DNA of 63,999 nucleotides, counting the filler, from Diploschistes diacapsis (taxonomy: Eukaryota): assembly GCA_023645945.1 (NCBI GenBank). It is 4 parts of 4 records of this genome, joined end to end, with 100 filler letters (N's around TTAATTAATTAA, not from the genome) between each part and the next. Parts side by side here need not be neighbours in the genome. Positions count along the whole stretch, not along the records: positions 1 to 16,635 come from JALAIB010000494.1; positions 16,736 to 33,358 come from JALAIB010000495.1; 2 more parts are not named here. One strand, written 5' to 3'. Under the pieces are notes generated by a model. It made no database searches. It was not told the origin of the DNA and saw nothing but the letters and a program-made list of their open reading frames with translations. The number at the start of each line of letters is the position of its first letter. Position 1 is the first letter of the stretch. Shown piece after piece: positions 11,816 to 23,767 of this stretch. The translations under genes and the position numbers were made by a program.

Positions 11816-14800
11816 ATGAGCGGGATAGAAAGAAGTTACGGCCTTGAGCAGCACAATCGAAAAGTCTCGTCCACGATTAGATATGGACGTACTTGCTCCA
11901 TCTGTAAAGACACCCTATGGCTCAAGGCTAATGCTCAGGTCGTCAATCTGTAGCACGAGTGATACCGGAGAGGACATATACCTCATATTCTGTGTCTTCC
12001 GACCTTTCAAAAGGCTTTACAGATGTTACTTCCAGCGAGATAGCTGGTGCCACGAAATGCTCTCGCCCACCGCATTGTTTCCCAAGCTGGGCGCAGTGAC
12101 TACTTCGAGATTGTCGCTTATATGGGCGTCGCTGACCTGCGAGATGCCGTGTTCCTCATGGCGGCCGTCAAGTGTGGCTACAAGGTTTGTCGGCATGTGT
12201 TGAACTGCTCGAGGCGGAACCGTGCAGGTGCTGCTCCCATCTGTCCGAAACACTCTCTGGATGAACGCATCTCTCATCCGCTCCAGGGGCTGCATCAAGT
12301 TCTTCTACTCCCTTGAGATGCTGAACAAGGCCGAGGAACTAGGGAAGGAGGTGGATGATCTGCAATTGTTCGCCATTCCGTCGTTGGGCATTTGCTAGGA
12401 AAGAACCCAAATCCGTTCCCGTTCGAGAAATCTTACGCCAGCGCTAAATGAGACCCTATTCTTATTCTGTATTCCTCGGGTTCAACAGGTATGCCATATC
12501 TTGGAAGTGGCTTCGAGGAGCAGCACTCAGTGTAGCACAGGGCCTCCAAAGCTAGTTACGATGAATCATGCAACATTTGCTGCCCTTGATCTGACCGTCT
12601 CCTAACTACCCGGTCGAAGGAATTGGAATTGGTCTCTGTGGAACCTTTTCCGAAGGCGGGAAATGCTACTGTCCTTTTCCTGCTTTTCACGTAAGTTTGC
12701 AATACAGCAAGTTTATTCGACCGTCGCTTATAGAGGCCTTAGTTCGCTGGCGTTGTTGCAATATTGCCTCTCCTTTTCTCCGAGCATGCGAGTCTAGTGC
12801 TGGGTCCTCCGAATAAGCCTCCAAATGGGCAAATTGCCAGCGTGATGATGAGTGTGGTGTCTATCAAGGCCATGTTCTGCCCTCCTGCTATAGCCGAGGG
12901 CCTTGTCCGTGAGCCTAATGGGATTAAGCAAGCCAAGAACCTCGATTTCCTGATTTATGCCGGTGAGCCGCTTTCTAGAAATACTGGGGAGGCACTTAGT
13001 AACGTAACGGACGTCTGTCAGTACTACGGCCAGACAACAACAGGTGCAATCCAAATTTTAATCCCAAACGTGAGGACTGGGACACTTTAGAATGGCATCC
13101 GGTTCAGGAAGTAGACATGCAGCCACAAACGGAAGGGTTCTACGAAATGGTCATGTACCGTAACCCTGCCTTGGAGAAGACGGTGCATTTATCGTGCACT
13201 TTTCCTGATGTCGAGGAGTGGCCCACCAAGGATCTTTTCCAGATTCATCCTACAAAGCCGGGTCTCTGGCGGTTTCACGATTGTATCGACGATATCATCG
13301 TGCTTTCCAATGCTGAGAAATTCAACCCAGCACCAAGCGAGGCCGCAATCCAGAGCCACCCATCCGTTTCCGGAGCAATGATTGTTGGCCAAGGTAGATT
13401 CCAGCTTGCATTGTTGGTCGAGATTCGACGAGGCTCCCCGTCTCCAGTATCGAGAGATGATCTGTGGTCGACCATAGAAAAGGCCAATGACCAGGCTCAA
13501 GCGTATGGAAGGATTATGTGATCCATGTTTCTAATTGCGGCCTTGCAGAACCGTTTACGAGGCTGCCAAAGGGACCATTATTCGCAGTACAACTTGCTAA
13601 AGTTATGTCGCAGAAATTGAAGAGCTCTACTCGAAAGACGAGTCACTGACGCACCTTGATCTGCCTTCACCACAACTCCCAACCAATGCGAGTAGCATTC
13701 GGATATTCGTCCGCAACAGCGTGTATCGTGCTTCGACATGCAGAAGCCGCGGGAGACTCTGATCTCTTTGCGCTTGGCATTGATTCGCTGAAGATCGTGG
13801 AGCTTGCTAATCTTCTGAGACATTATTTCAGGAGACACTTGGATGCCGTGTCCTGGATCTCGACGGCGCTCATGTACAATAATCCGACCTCTGACCGATT
13901 AGCTGGAGCCATCTTCTCCAGGCTTGATCAGGGATGGGGAAATGTGCCGAACCCAGGTAGCAGCATCGAATGGGAAGCCGAGATGAAAGGTCTGAGCCAA
14001 AAGTATGCAATTTCTGAGGAAACGTTGATAAAGACGTTCACTGAAGATGTGAATTATGGAAAGACTGTACTTGTCACTGGCTCTACCGGCTCCCTGGGTA
14101 ATTATATTCTCCGGAAGCTTGCCCTAGATACTCGCGTATCCAAGATATATTGCCTCGACCGTGCACCCAATGCATATGACCGGCTGATTAAGTTCTGAGC
14201 CCGCTTGGACTGACCAGGGGCTCCTCTCGCCTTAACTGCCTCAAAGCCGATTTAGTAGGCCTGATTTGGAACTTTCTCCCAAGAACTATGAAACAGTCGA
14301 AGCTAAGGTCGATACCATCATTCACAGCACCTGGGAAGTCGACTTCGATCAGAACTTATCCTCCTTCGGACAAACGCGTATACCAGGGGTGCGCTACCTG
14401 ATCGGCCTCGCTTCTGCACCCATATGAACAGATGAGCGCGGCACGACACCAATAATCCAACAGGCCTCCTCTAGACCTTCTCAAGCACATCTGATTTTCA
14501 TCTCGTCGATATCCTCCGTCAGTAGCCGGGCCGCCACCACTCAGCCTCAAGATGCCGTCGACATCGACTTGGATAGAGGCTGGGATTCCACCCCCCATAG
14601 AAATGTAACCCGTGCCGGAGGCCTTCATAGCCAACCCCTACGTCACCGACAAAACGGGCCGCGCCCAGTCTAAATACGTCGGCGAAGCCATCCTCCACCA
14701 AGCATCGCAAGCTCGGCACATCCTCATCAGCGTTCTGCGCGTCGGACAAATAGCCTGGCCATGGACACCAGACGGCGGGGTCTGGAACGAGCGCGAATGG

Positions 14801-15250
14801 TTCCCTTCCTGGTCAAGAGGTCGAAAACTCTCGGAAAGGCCCCGCAGGACCCGCCACCTGTCGATTGGATCCCGATCGACACAGTAGCCAGCGTCGTTAG
14901 CGACGTCGTCTTCAATCCGCCGACAGACCGGGGAGGTGAGCCCTGCCGAGTCTTCATCGTCAATCCCTTCCCCCGTCGCTTTTTTGGCTCTGCTGCCCGA
15001 TACACAGAGAGCGCTTGGCGCGAGCGTCGAGGCGGTGTCGCTGGTCCAGCGGATCGAGGAGCTTGAAGAGGTCGATGCGGCGGATACGGAGAGAGTGAGC
15101 CTGTTGCCGGCGGTCAAGATCTTGGAGCTTACAAAGGCCCGGATAAGGAGGGCCTGGGGTACTCTGTGGAGAATGCGGAGAGGCTGAGTCGGGGCCTTTA
15201 GAGGAATTGAGGCTGTTCTGGGGGAGGTGGTGGGGGTGGTGAAAGTTGGG
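11816..15250 (+). pseudogene. NRPS-like enzyme (adenylation-thiolation-reductase, carboxylic acid reductase type), disrupted
   Basis: Motifs occur in order but across frames: ILYSSGSTG-PK, FPAFH, YAGEPL, TKDLFQIHPTKPGLWRF, DDIIVLSNAEKFNP, DLFALGIDSL (carrier Ser), VLVTGSTGSLG, FISSISS and AQSKYVGE. Multiple stops and frameshifts. End coordinate approximate. Confidence 0.88.
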
Positions 15251-15859
15251 TAAAATGTAGAGTTGTGGTGTTGTTTTTGCAGCCAAGTGCAGGCACTCAC
15301 TGCGTTCAAAAATCGAGGGTCACATTTTGAAGATATGAGCAGTACTGGGTGATCCAGTCTACCACTCTGGGACATGAGCGATAACAGAGAAAACAAAATA
15401 TAGATGTATATGTATACGTACATACGACAGTGCAATCCAACCCTGCATTTTCCCCTTTTTCCATTCTCCTACTTCAGCCATTATGTCTGCCACATACATA
15501 CATCTGCTACGAAAAAAAGCTCCGCAGAAGAATAAGATATTGAATCCAAGGCCCAGAATACGACGGGGGGGACATAAAATAATAGAGACTATTTGCTTCG
15601 ACTCCAGACACACACACACTCCCAGCCGCTCCCCGACGTTTTTAAACGCCCCATCATCCCCTACTTCCCAATCCAATCCTCAGTCCTCGCTCTGGGTTGT
15701 TGGGCGAATGGCAGTTTGGTTCCGCAGCCAGCCAGCCCAGCCAGCGTCCTGTAGATTTCCTCCTTGTCTCTGCTCTCCTCTCCCCCGCCATGAGATCAAA
15801 GAGAAAAAAACCTTAAAAAAAAAAAACTTAAAAACACTTTGACTGTGTATGTATATGTA

Positions 15860-15966
15860 CAGTACTAAGCCAAAAGTAGTTAGGCACACCATAAGCGGCA
15901 GTAAATAAACAAGTTAACTCTTTGTTGCCGCTTATGGTGTACCTAACTACTTTTGGCACCTGACTG
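15860..15966. mobile_element. 107-bp MITE-like element, Tc1/mariner type (TA-CAGT...ACTG-TA)
   Basis: 32-bp inverted arms at 15869-15900 and 15926-15957 with one mismatch. Termini CAGT/ACTG are flanked by TA at 15858-59 and 15967-68. Confidence 0.75.
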
Positions 15967-16053
15967 TATGTATAAGCTCTCGGTTACGGGGTTATTATTT
16001 TCCCAACGATTCGTCGAACGTCGGCCGCTGTCCCATCGTGGCGGCGCCTAGTA

Positions 16054-16140
16054 TAGCATAGCATAGCATAGCATAGTATAAGCATGTTCGATGATGTATA
16101 TATATATATATATATCTCTCTATTACTTATCTATCTATCT
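16054..16140. repeat. Microsatellite cluster (TAGCA)n, (TA)n, (CTAT)n
   Basis: Directly visible tandem repeats. Confidence 0.85.
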
Positions 16141-16635
16141 GCCTGTCGCCCTATCTATTGTTTTATAAAAAAAATGAACGAGGCAAAACGGCGTGCATAA
16201 TAAACGGGAACTGGATTAAATTAGATTGAATAATATCATAAAAAGAAGGAGGATATGCTGGTACGATAAGAAATAAGAGGTGCATAAGATGAATCTTGCT
16301 TTAAATATTAGATGCAGGAGGTTCTTGAAAACCTTCGAGGCTTTACCTGTGACTATGCACAATCGTAAAGGTAGTTGTGGTCTCGCATATATACATCGGT
16401 TTAGTTCGATACTGGCACAATCCGGTATTGTTGGTCTTTTGGCTATGTGGCCCAGTGATACTAAACTGGCGCTTTGTAATATCACAGTAGCGGGCCATGT
16501 TGGCCGGGATGTTCCCTGGCACTACGAAGGTACCAACATGCGTTCCACAATCAGATTGATCCGCCAAACTTCACCAACGACCGCAGACATTCTATCTTCT
16601 CATCCACCACCATTCCTTCCCCGGCTCCCCTCCAT

Positions 16636-16735
16636 NNNNNNNNNNNNNNNNNNNNNNNNNNNNNNNNNNNNNNNNNNNNTTAATTAATTAANNNNNNNNN
16701 NNNNNNNNNNNNNNNNNNNNNNNNNNNNNNNNNNN
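16636..16735. other. Artificial contig spacer N44-TTAATTAATTAA-N44
   Basis: Exactly 100 nt. The palindromic core puts stops in all six frames. Identical to the two other spacers. Confidence 0.97.
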
Positions 16736-19099
16736 GGGAGGGGAGTGAGGGAGTGAGGGAAGGGAGTAAGGAAAGGGGGGAAGGAGAAAGGGAACAGGGA
16801 AAAGGGAAAAGAGATGAACGATGCTCGAACGTCGAAGAAATAGCATCTGCGAGTGTTCTGGATTCATTTGTTAGACATGCGGCGTGCGGGAAAGCGACTG
16901 CATTGGAAACATTTCTGGCTGGCTGGTGAACGATATGTCGCTACTGGCTGGATACTTGTCCCATGAGGTGTAAAGGCTAATGCCTCGAATACTACAGCAG
17001 ATTGGGGGCGAAGCTTCGTTCACGGGTTATAAAAACACTTTCGATGGAACTCGGTAATCAATGTAATAGCTAGTATTTTGTTATTACACTAGACTATTTG
17101 CATGTAAAATCGGGTTTGACTTTATCGGGTAATGAATACCTGAGCGAGCCGTTCTTCTCGGGGCCTAAAGTACGGTTTCTTGGCTGTCCTTTCAAAGGTG
17201 ATTTCGAGAGAAGGAATTGTGCACTGCAATATCCGTCCTCGGATATGATATTTTTCGGAAGCGGAACATAGCCTCGGCCCGAGTTCTCAAACCTCACCTT
17301 CTCACTGTTGTAGGGGTTTGACGGGGCGACTGGCTTGACAAGAGAATCCTGCAAGTACCTTTGTTAAGGAATTCTTTTCGCCGATAGCTGGAATTTGCGG
17401 CAAAAGGAACAAGCGGGGATGCAACAGCTTGAATGCTTCGGATGCGAGCGCTCTTCACAGGGGAGACCGATCCAGCAATCGTCATGACCCTTCCCAAGGG
17501 AGGGGAGGCATTGCAATAGCGTACGACTGGAGCAGGTACGCAGTAGAAGTAGAACCTGTAGGGCCCTGGAACCTCAATCCCTCCAATTGGTGCTGACTCC
17601 TGAAGTGCCAAAACGCAAGGGCAAGCAGGAGTTGGATTCCCACTTCAATATACCTTCAGGCCCCTTGTGTCCAGTCCAGTAATTGGATAATGATATAAAG
17701 ACGATCATGCCCATCACCCTGCTTGATTCCATCGCCGCTCAAAAAACCATGCCCTCACATCTTTGGGGGCTCCCTGACCTCCAGCACCTGCCAACAGCAA
17801 GTCTCTGCTAGAAAAGACAAGATCTTGCACGTCGCTTCCAAGAACAACCCTTCAGATCACAAGGCTCACGTATCCCGAAGTCCTTGCTTTCGAACACCAA
17901 CCCATCCCGTCGGCCAAAAAATCCTTCTTCAGCTAGACCCTTTTCCTTACCCTCCTCACCACAGCCCTCGCGGCCCCGACCAACTACAACCTGCAAGCCC
18001 CGCGCCTGCATCGCGAAGCTGCGAGGCATCCAAGTGCGCCTGCCTAAGCGGGCAAGCCGAAAACCCCTGCGATGGCAAGTACGCGAGTTCGCACGGTGCG
18101 GCGTGCCTATAGTTTTTTGTAAGCGATGCGCAGGCAATGGAAAGGACAAAGGGTGGTGGAGCAGAGCATTGTTTGTGGGCGGAGGTCAATGGTGGGGTGG
18201 AATTGTTTGATGTGGCAGTGCTGGCAGTTAGTTGTATACAAGTTCATTCCTTTCATGTCGGTAGTTAGTGGCCCCAGCAATGTAATTGTGCGATATGTTT
18301 CCATGTGGCCCTGATGGCTCGATGATGATCGTGATGCTTTACATGATCCGGACAGCCTTCAAACACACTGCGTTTACCATCAATCTACTGCCGGCAGCAG
18401 ACAAGCCTGTGGGACGTCGTATAATGTACCTAGAATCATGCTTTCCGTATTGAGGTATTCCTACTCATGGCTAGTGATGATAGAAGGTTTTCATACCCAC
18501 CTATCATTGGTCGCGAAAGGCATTAAGTTATTGGGTAAGATTGAGAGTACCATGGGGGTGTGGCGACCGTTAGAAGGTCTTTAAGTGCAATGAAATTAAC
18601 CATCACTTACTGGCATAGTTTCCTTTGAGGATGCACAATTCACACATACAGACGAGCAACAAGCTTGTTCCAGCGTGAGTGCATATTCATTTATGCTTGG
18701 TGGGTAAACTAGAACACATTAAAAATCTTAAAGGCAATGCGAATCGTAGGTATGTTGTTGATCAACCCTCAAGCTTTTGGTTTGGCATTGACCTGATGTG
18801 AGCCGGGAGAAAAGTCGTTGGCTCCAAAAAAAGAAAAGGTACTGTAGGAGTAGGGAAAACGTGAAGTCCAGATCTATCCCATACCTTCCGCTATGCCCGC
18901 TCCAAGATGCGTTTTGTTCATGACGGCCGTAAGATGAAAGCAATAGCCAGACAGTGCCTCCCTCTTTTTGGTTCCGTAGGCAGCAACCACGTACTCCTTC
19001 ATCCATCCCAGCGCCGCGCTAAAACATGGTCTCGTTCAATTCGTGATGTTATGAGGTAGAAATTCTTGGCCAACGGAGTCATTTGTGGTTTAATAGAAG

Positions 19100-22000
19100 T
19101 CAACATCTTCTGCGTTCTCCAAGCATGACTATTCCCTCATCATCGCTTCCTTCTTCTGCGAGATCGGCTTCGTCATTTTGGCTAGCGTCGACTTGTGAAT
19201 TGGCATCACGCTGCTGCTGCGTACGATATTTTCTCATCAATGCCGGAGTTATAGTCTCTCCTGTTGCCAGCAACGAATTTGCGTTGGTAGAATCCTCTAC
19301 TGGTTGCTCGATACCAGATGGGGATGCCAATGGCGACGTTAGTATGCTCGCACCAGATGCGTTACTGGACAATCTCGAAAACGGCTCGCTCCAAGTGCTG
19401 GTGTTGTGACCTTCCGACGATCCCGAACTGGAAAGCCTGTGCTGCTCTGCCTGGCTCATGGAAGAGGTAAATGAGCCTTGTGCATAATGCGGCATCTGCT
19501 CGGTTGTATTGGCCCGGCTCCGAGCCTGAGTAGTTCGCCCCCGCTCGGCCAGCGAGCCGTGGAGTGAATCATGTGAAGAATCACGTGTTGGCTCCGGAGA
19601 ATGGGCGGGAGTCTGTTCTTTTGGGTTCGTGCTGGTAAGCATCATAGGATGATGTAGATGTCCAGATGCGATGAGCGGCGAAACACCTACCATAGGCTGA
19701 ACGTGGTGAAAATCTACCGTGGATGATAGGTTGTCTGCAGAAGATGTCCGGCTAGATCCGCTATCGTCGTGACTGAATTTACCCGGTTCTCTACTTCGAA
19801 CCCTGCTAGCTAAACGCCGAGTGGCTTCCTTTGTGCCATCAATGATCTTTGATATGCTGCTGGAGGATGAACCAGCGGAGTTTCGCCCAATTCCGTTTCC
19901 ACTCAAGGCGGCGGACGTCATATCGGCTTCAAGCTGTGAAGTGGGCTTGAGGGTTATGATAGATTCTGCGGTCGACGTCGTTCGGCTATTGACGCTTGGG
20001 CGACCGAACATTGGAGTCGGAGAGGTATTGGTTGAACTTTCCACGTATGATATGGGAGTCACGAACTCTTCCGGTATTCGGTCGTGGATAGGGCTAGCGA
20101 GCGTACTCTGCGAAAGAGGATGCTCTGTATTTTCTCTCGAGGCTCGAAGAGCAGAGAAAATTGATTCGTCACCGTGAAGACTCAGTCGATGTCGGTCTCT
20201 GTCAGCTGCACTTGCTCTGGGCGACGTGCTTGTATTGGCACTTGACACTTTAATATTGCTTTCGGCTCGCTTCCTAGAGTCGCCACGGCCTCTGACGACA
20301 GAGGTCAGCCGCTTGATACCGGACTTCAGACCCTCAATTAATCCACGTGGGACCATAGCTGTTTGCACATCTTCTTGAGACACTTCAATCTTCCTTGTGC
20401 CCTCAAACGAAGGATCTGTCTTATCGATCCAATTGTTTTGGTTGTCGAGCCCACGAAGGACCCAAGGATGGTGCTTGACCTCCTTGATTGTGATGCGTTT
20501 GCTTGGATCTTTAATCAGCAGACGCTTCAGAAGATCCTTCAGCTCATCCTCTATGTGTTCGTACTGAACAATGTGGTCCTCGCGTTTATTCGAATTTATG
20601 GAGACCGTCGGTTTATCCTCAACACCACGAAGTCTTTTAGATGGAATGAAAACTTCATGCTTCGCAATCTTCTCGTACATTGCGAACTCGTTCACATCAT
20701 AAAATGGGAGTCGACCATAGATCATTGCATACAAAGTCACGCCCAACGCCCAGACATCAATCTGGCCAGTAATGTGAGGTCGGGTGACATTCCTTTGTGC
20801 ATCGAAAAGGTCTGGGTCACACAGCTCCGGAGCGTAGAATGCGGGAGTGCCAACGGTTTTAGCGAGCTCTATTGACATGTCTGCATGAGAAATGGTAGGT
20901 TCGTCAGAACCATCATTACCCTCGCCATCCATCTGCCGGCCAAGGTAGGAAACCCCAAAGTCGGAGATCTTGACCCGGTATTCTCGAGTCCAAAGAAGAT
21001 TCGCGGGTTTGATGTCACGATGGATAATTCCATGGAAATGTAGATACTCCAAGCCTAGAACTGTATCCCGAAACACGTCACGTGCCTCGGACAATGTTAG
21101 GCATGGCACATAACGGTATTCCTCTTCGTGCAAAGTCCACCCAGAAGTGTCAGCAAAGTCGTCAAAGGCGATCCCGTGCTCTGTTTCGCTGGCGTGTGTG
21201 AAAGCATCGTCTTCAACGTAAGACCCGTACATAGAGCCACTCATCTCGTTCTCGAGGGTCGATTGTATGCCGCTGCGGGAAGCCCGACTGGGAACACGCA
21301 ACGTTTCTTCTACAAGCGATAGAACCTCGCCATGCTCAGATGCTGAACGACTTGGAGGCCGACTGGAGGGCTGGCTTGATGAATGATTCGGAGCGAGCAA
21401 TGTATCATGCTCATTTGTATTGGCACTGGCGCGGAACTGATCCTGAGCTGTGCTTAGCGACGTATGTGGAATAGGGTTGTAATCCCTGGCTGCCGCAGTC
21501 TCATGAAAGTGCGGGCCAACTATCTCTGAGTGATGCTGTAAGAGAATGCCATTGATATAAGCAAGTGCTTCGGTTTCGGCTTCGTCATCAACGCTCCCAG
21601 CAATCTCGCGTCTGATCCGATTTAGCTCAAAAATGGCGATATCTCTTTCGGTTTCTTTTCTCCAATTGATTTCGCCTCGCTCAACATACTCTAGAATCAA
21701 GTAGACCTTCTCATATCTGATATCGTCGATCACTTCCAGCAGGCTTACGACGTGCGGATGCCGTGCTTTCTTCAGGACCGCGACCTCTTTCTTGACTTTA
21801 TCTTCCGGCTTCTCCTGTCGACCAAGCCTTCCTTTCTTCGGGTATCTTCTTACCACCTTGATAGCCACCTTCTGATTATTAGAGATGTCTCGAGCCAGCT
21901 TGACGGTACCATGGGTTCCACTGCCGAGCCTTTTGATTACCTCGTACTGATTGATAAGTTTGTTACCCAAAACTGAAGAATCTTTAACAAGCAGATCCGT

Positions 22001-22963
22001 CTCTTTTGGAACCGGCATATCTGTATGGTGGAGGAGTGGCGTCTGGCTGTGGCTTTCTTCGATATGTTCTTCGCGATTCTCATTGACTGGACCAAGGAAA
22101 TAGGAGTCTGTGCTCTGGGTTGGAGTTCTGTCTGAAGATTCCACTGTATAAGACGCTTTTGTACGACTTGAAAACATTGAGGGCGATATCGAAACTCCCC
22201 TTTCTTCGTGCAGCCTCGAGAACGAATTGTTTGAAGTGCCAGGTCCATGCCCTTGTGTGTTTCTATAGCCTCTAGTGGCCATCTCCGGCTTTTCGTACTC
22301 ATCCTCTTCAGCGTCATCATGGTCATATCTTCCAGGATCCATGTATATATTATTGTTCAAACTGTCCCTGGTAGTTGAGGCTTCTGATTCGAGGTGCTGC
22401 TCCGAAGAAGGTTCGGTAATCGAAGATGCTAGATTTGCAGGCGAGATAGGCAGAACGGCTTGTGTGAGAGTTTCATTCATGTTCCTTCGATGATAGGAAG
22501 TGCTGGTGTCTATACTGCCAGATCTGTCTGCATCTTTCCCTGCTTGAGAGCTTTTTAGAGAATCCGACGAAGGAAATTGGCTCGTCAAGGGGGATGAAAG
22601 TTCAGATGCAGAGGTTAAGCTTGCTAAGAATGTTGAACTGGACTCGCGTAAAGAAAAGCTCTGGAAGTCGTCGGTACTTTGGTCTCTTTGCAGTCCAAGT
22701 TCAGATTGGCGATGCCCCACGACCGAGATATCGTCCTCGGACTCTGACAAACCTTTTCTTTCCTCTGTGTGCACACTGTTCGCTGTCATTGTCGGTCCAT
22801 AAGCGTGTTGAGCTTTTTCCAATGTTTTGTCTTCCTGCGGAAGGGCAGTCGATGTATGTTCAAAGTCCTCCACCTTGTTCGCTTGAACTACACTTCCTTC
22901 ATCGTGGAGCGCGGTGGACTGTTCCTGGAATAAAACATTGTGCTTTATGGGACGACCAGCCAT
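19100..22963 (-). CDS. CAMKK-family Ser/Thr kinase (Sak1/Ssp1-like SNF1-activating kinase)
   Basis: 1287-aa ORF with INQYEVIKRLGSGTHGTVK, VAIK, HRDIKPANLL, DFGVS, KTVGTPAFYAPE and DVWALGVT. A long insert lies between kinase subdomains V and VIa. Confidence 0.9.
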   Translation of the reverse strand: MAGRPIKHNVLFQEQSTALHDEGSVVQANKVEDFEHTSTALPQEDKTLEKAQHAYGPTMTANSVHTEERKGLSESEDDISVVGHRQSELGLQRDQSTDDFQSFSLRESSSTFLASLTSASELSSPLTSQFPSSDSLKSSQAGKDADRSGSIDTSTSYHRRNMNETLTQAVLPISPANLASSITEPSSEQHLESEASTTRDSLNNNIYMDPGRYDHDDAEEDEYEKPEMATRGYRNTQGHGPGTSNNSFSRLHEERGVSISPSMFSSRTKASYTVESSDRTPTQSTDSYFLGPVNENREEHIEESHSQTPLLHHTDMPVPKETDLLVKDSSVLGNKLINQYEVIKRLGSGTHGTVKLARDISNNQKVAIKVVRRYPKKGRLGRQEKPEDKVKKEVAVLKKARHPHVVSLLEVIDDIRYEKVYLILEYVERGEINWRKETERDIAIFELNRIRREIAGSVDDEAETEALAYINGILLQHHSEIVGPHFHETAAARDYNPIPHTSLSTAQDQFRASANTNEHDTLLAPNHSSSQPSSRPPSRSASEHGEVLSLVEETLRVPSRASRSGIQSTLENEMSGSMYGSYVEDDAFTHASETEHGIAFDDFADTSGWTLHEEEYRYVPCLTLSEARDVFRDTVLGLEYLHFHGIIHRDIKPANLLWTREYRVKISDFGVSYLGRQMDGEGNDGSDEPTISHADMSIELAKTVGTPAFYAPELCDPDLFDAQRNVTRPHITGQIDVWALGVTLYAMIYGRLPFYDVNEFAMYEKIAKHEVFIPSKRLRGVEDKPTVSINSNKREDHIVQYEHIEDELKDLLKRLLIKDPSKRITIKEVKHHPWVLRGLDNQNNWIDKTDPSFEGTRKIEVSQEDVQTAMVPRGLIEGLKSGIKRLTSVVRGRGDSRKRAESNIKVSSANTSTSPRASAADRDRHRLSLHGDESIFSALRASRENTEHPLSQSTLASPIHDRIPEEFVTPISYVESSTNTSPTPMFGRPSVNSRTTSTAESIITLKPTSQLEADMTSAALSGNGIGRNSAGSSSSSISKIIDGTKEATRRLASRVRSREPGKFSHDDSGSSRTSSADNLSSTVDFHHVQPMVGVSPLIASGHLHHPMMLTSTNPKEQTPAHSPEPTRDSSHDSLHGSLAERGRTTQARSRANTTEQMPHYAQGSFTSSMSQAEQHRLSSSGSSEGHNTSTWSEPFSRLSSNASGASILTSPLASPSGIEQPVEDSTNANSLLATGETITPALMRKYRTQQQRDANSQVDASQNDEADLAEEGSDDEGIVMLGERRRC

Positions 22964-23633
22964 GACTGATCCTTAGAGGCTGCCAGCCAACAGTCTTTTC
23001 CGAATACAGGTTGTCGAAGGAGAAGCAAGGCATCAGTTACTGTGGTATCATTCCATCTTAGCCACAACTCTTGCAAACCCATCGACTCCGCACCGCTGTT
23101 TCGCCGGCCGATCTTACACGCGTGCACGCATCTAGGGTCCTGTTGAATAAGACACGTGCTCACAGTCGGCAAGAAGATTTAAATGGCGAAAATACGACCG
23201 ACAACTCTAACTCGAGTTGAGCCTGGAAAACTATCAGCTAGGGCCGATTGCAGACGAATCAGAGAGTTCCTGGCGTGATCAGGAAATCTACAAAGGCTCG
23301 AAGATACCTCATCAACGTTACTCGAAATGTGCCGTTTGTGCTAGTGTACTCGGAGGATATTCCGGGAGAGGAAAGTTACTTAGGAGGCAAAGAGGCGGCA
23401 ATGGCTAGGAGTGTTGGGAAATGGACGAGGTTGAAGAAAACCTGAAGCAATAGTGGCTCAATAGAGGGATGACGAAGGAGAAGCTAGAAAGTATAATATG
23501 GGGCATTGGGAAGAGCTGCCAGTAACGGACTAGCAAGCAGAGGGGGAGGGGAACTTGAAGGACGGGGAGCCCAGCGCACGAGCCACAAAAGCTTACCGTA
23601 TCTAGTACTAGGTACATTATGTAAGATCAGATA

Positions 23634-23767
23634 ACATACTTCACCACTTAATGAAACACCCCACTGAGTGAAACAACCCATACAAAACGTGCATAACTCG
23701 CATAAATCTCTATAATTTGTATGGTTGTCCCATTCCGTTGGGCGTTTCATTGAGTGGTAAAGTACGT
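23634..23767. mobile_element. 134-bp degenerate MITE-like element, pogo/Fot1 type (TA-AC[A/G]T...ACGT-TA)
   Basis: Imperfect inverted arms of about 53 bp at 23634-23686 and 23716-23767, flanked by TA at 23632-33 and 23768-69. Most mismatches are transitions. Confidence 0.7.

Noticed and set aside
16538..16635. Possible N-terminus of a gene running into the gap (MRSTIRLIRQ...)
   Set aside because: Too short to support.
16680..16691. TTAATTAATTAA as a piggyBac site or biological palindrome
   Set aside because: It is centred in N runs and identical at all three gaps, so it is a six-frame-stop linker.
17094..17611. Two overlapping minus-strand ORFs that might be one frameshifted gene
   Set aside because: No identifiable family or start.
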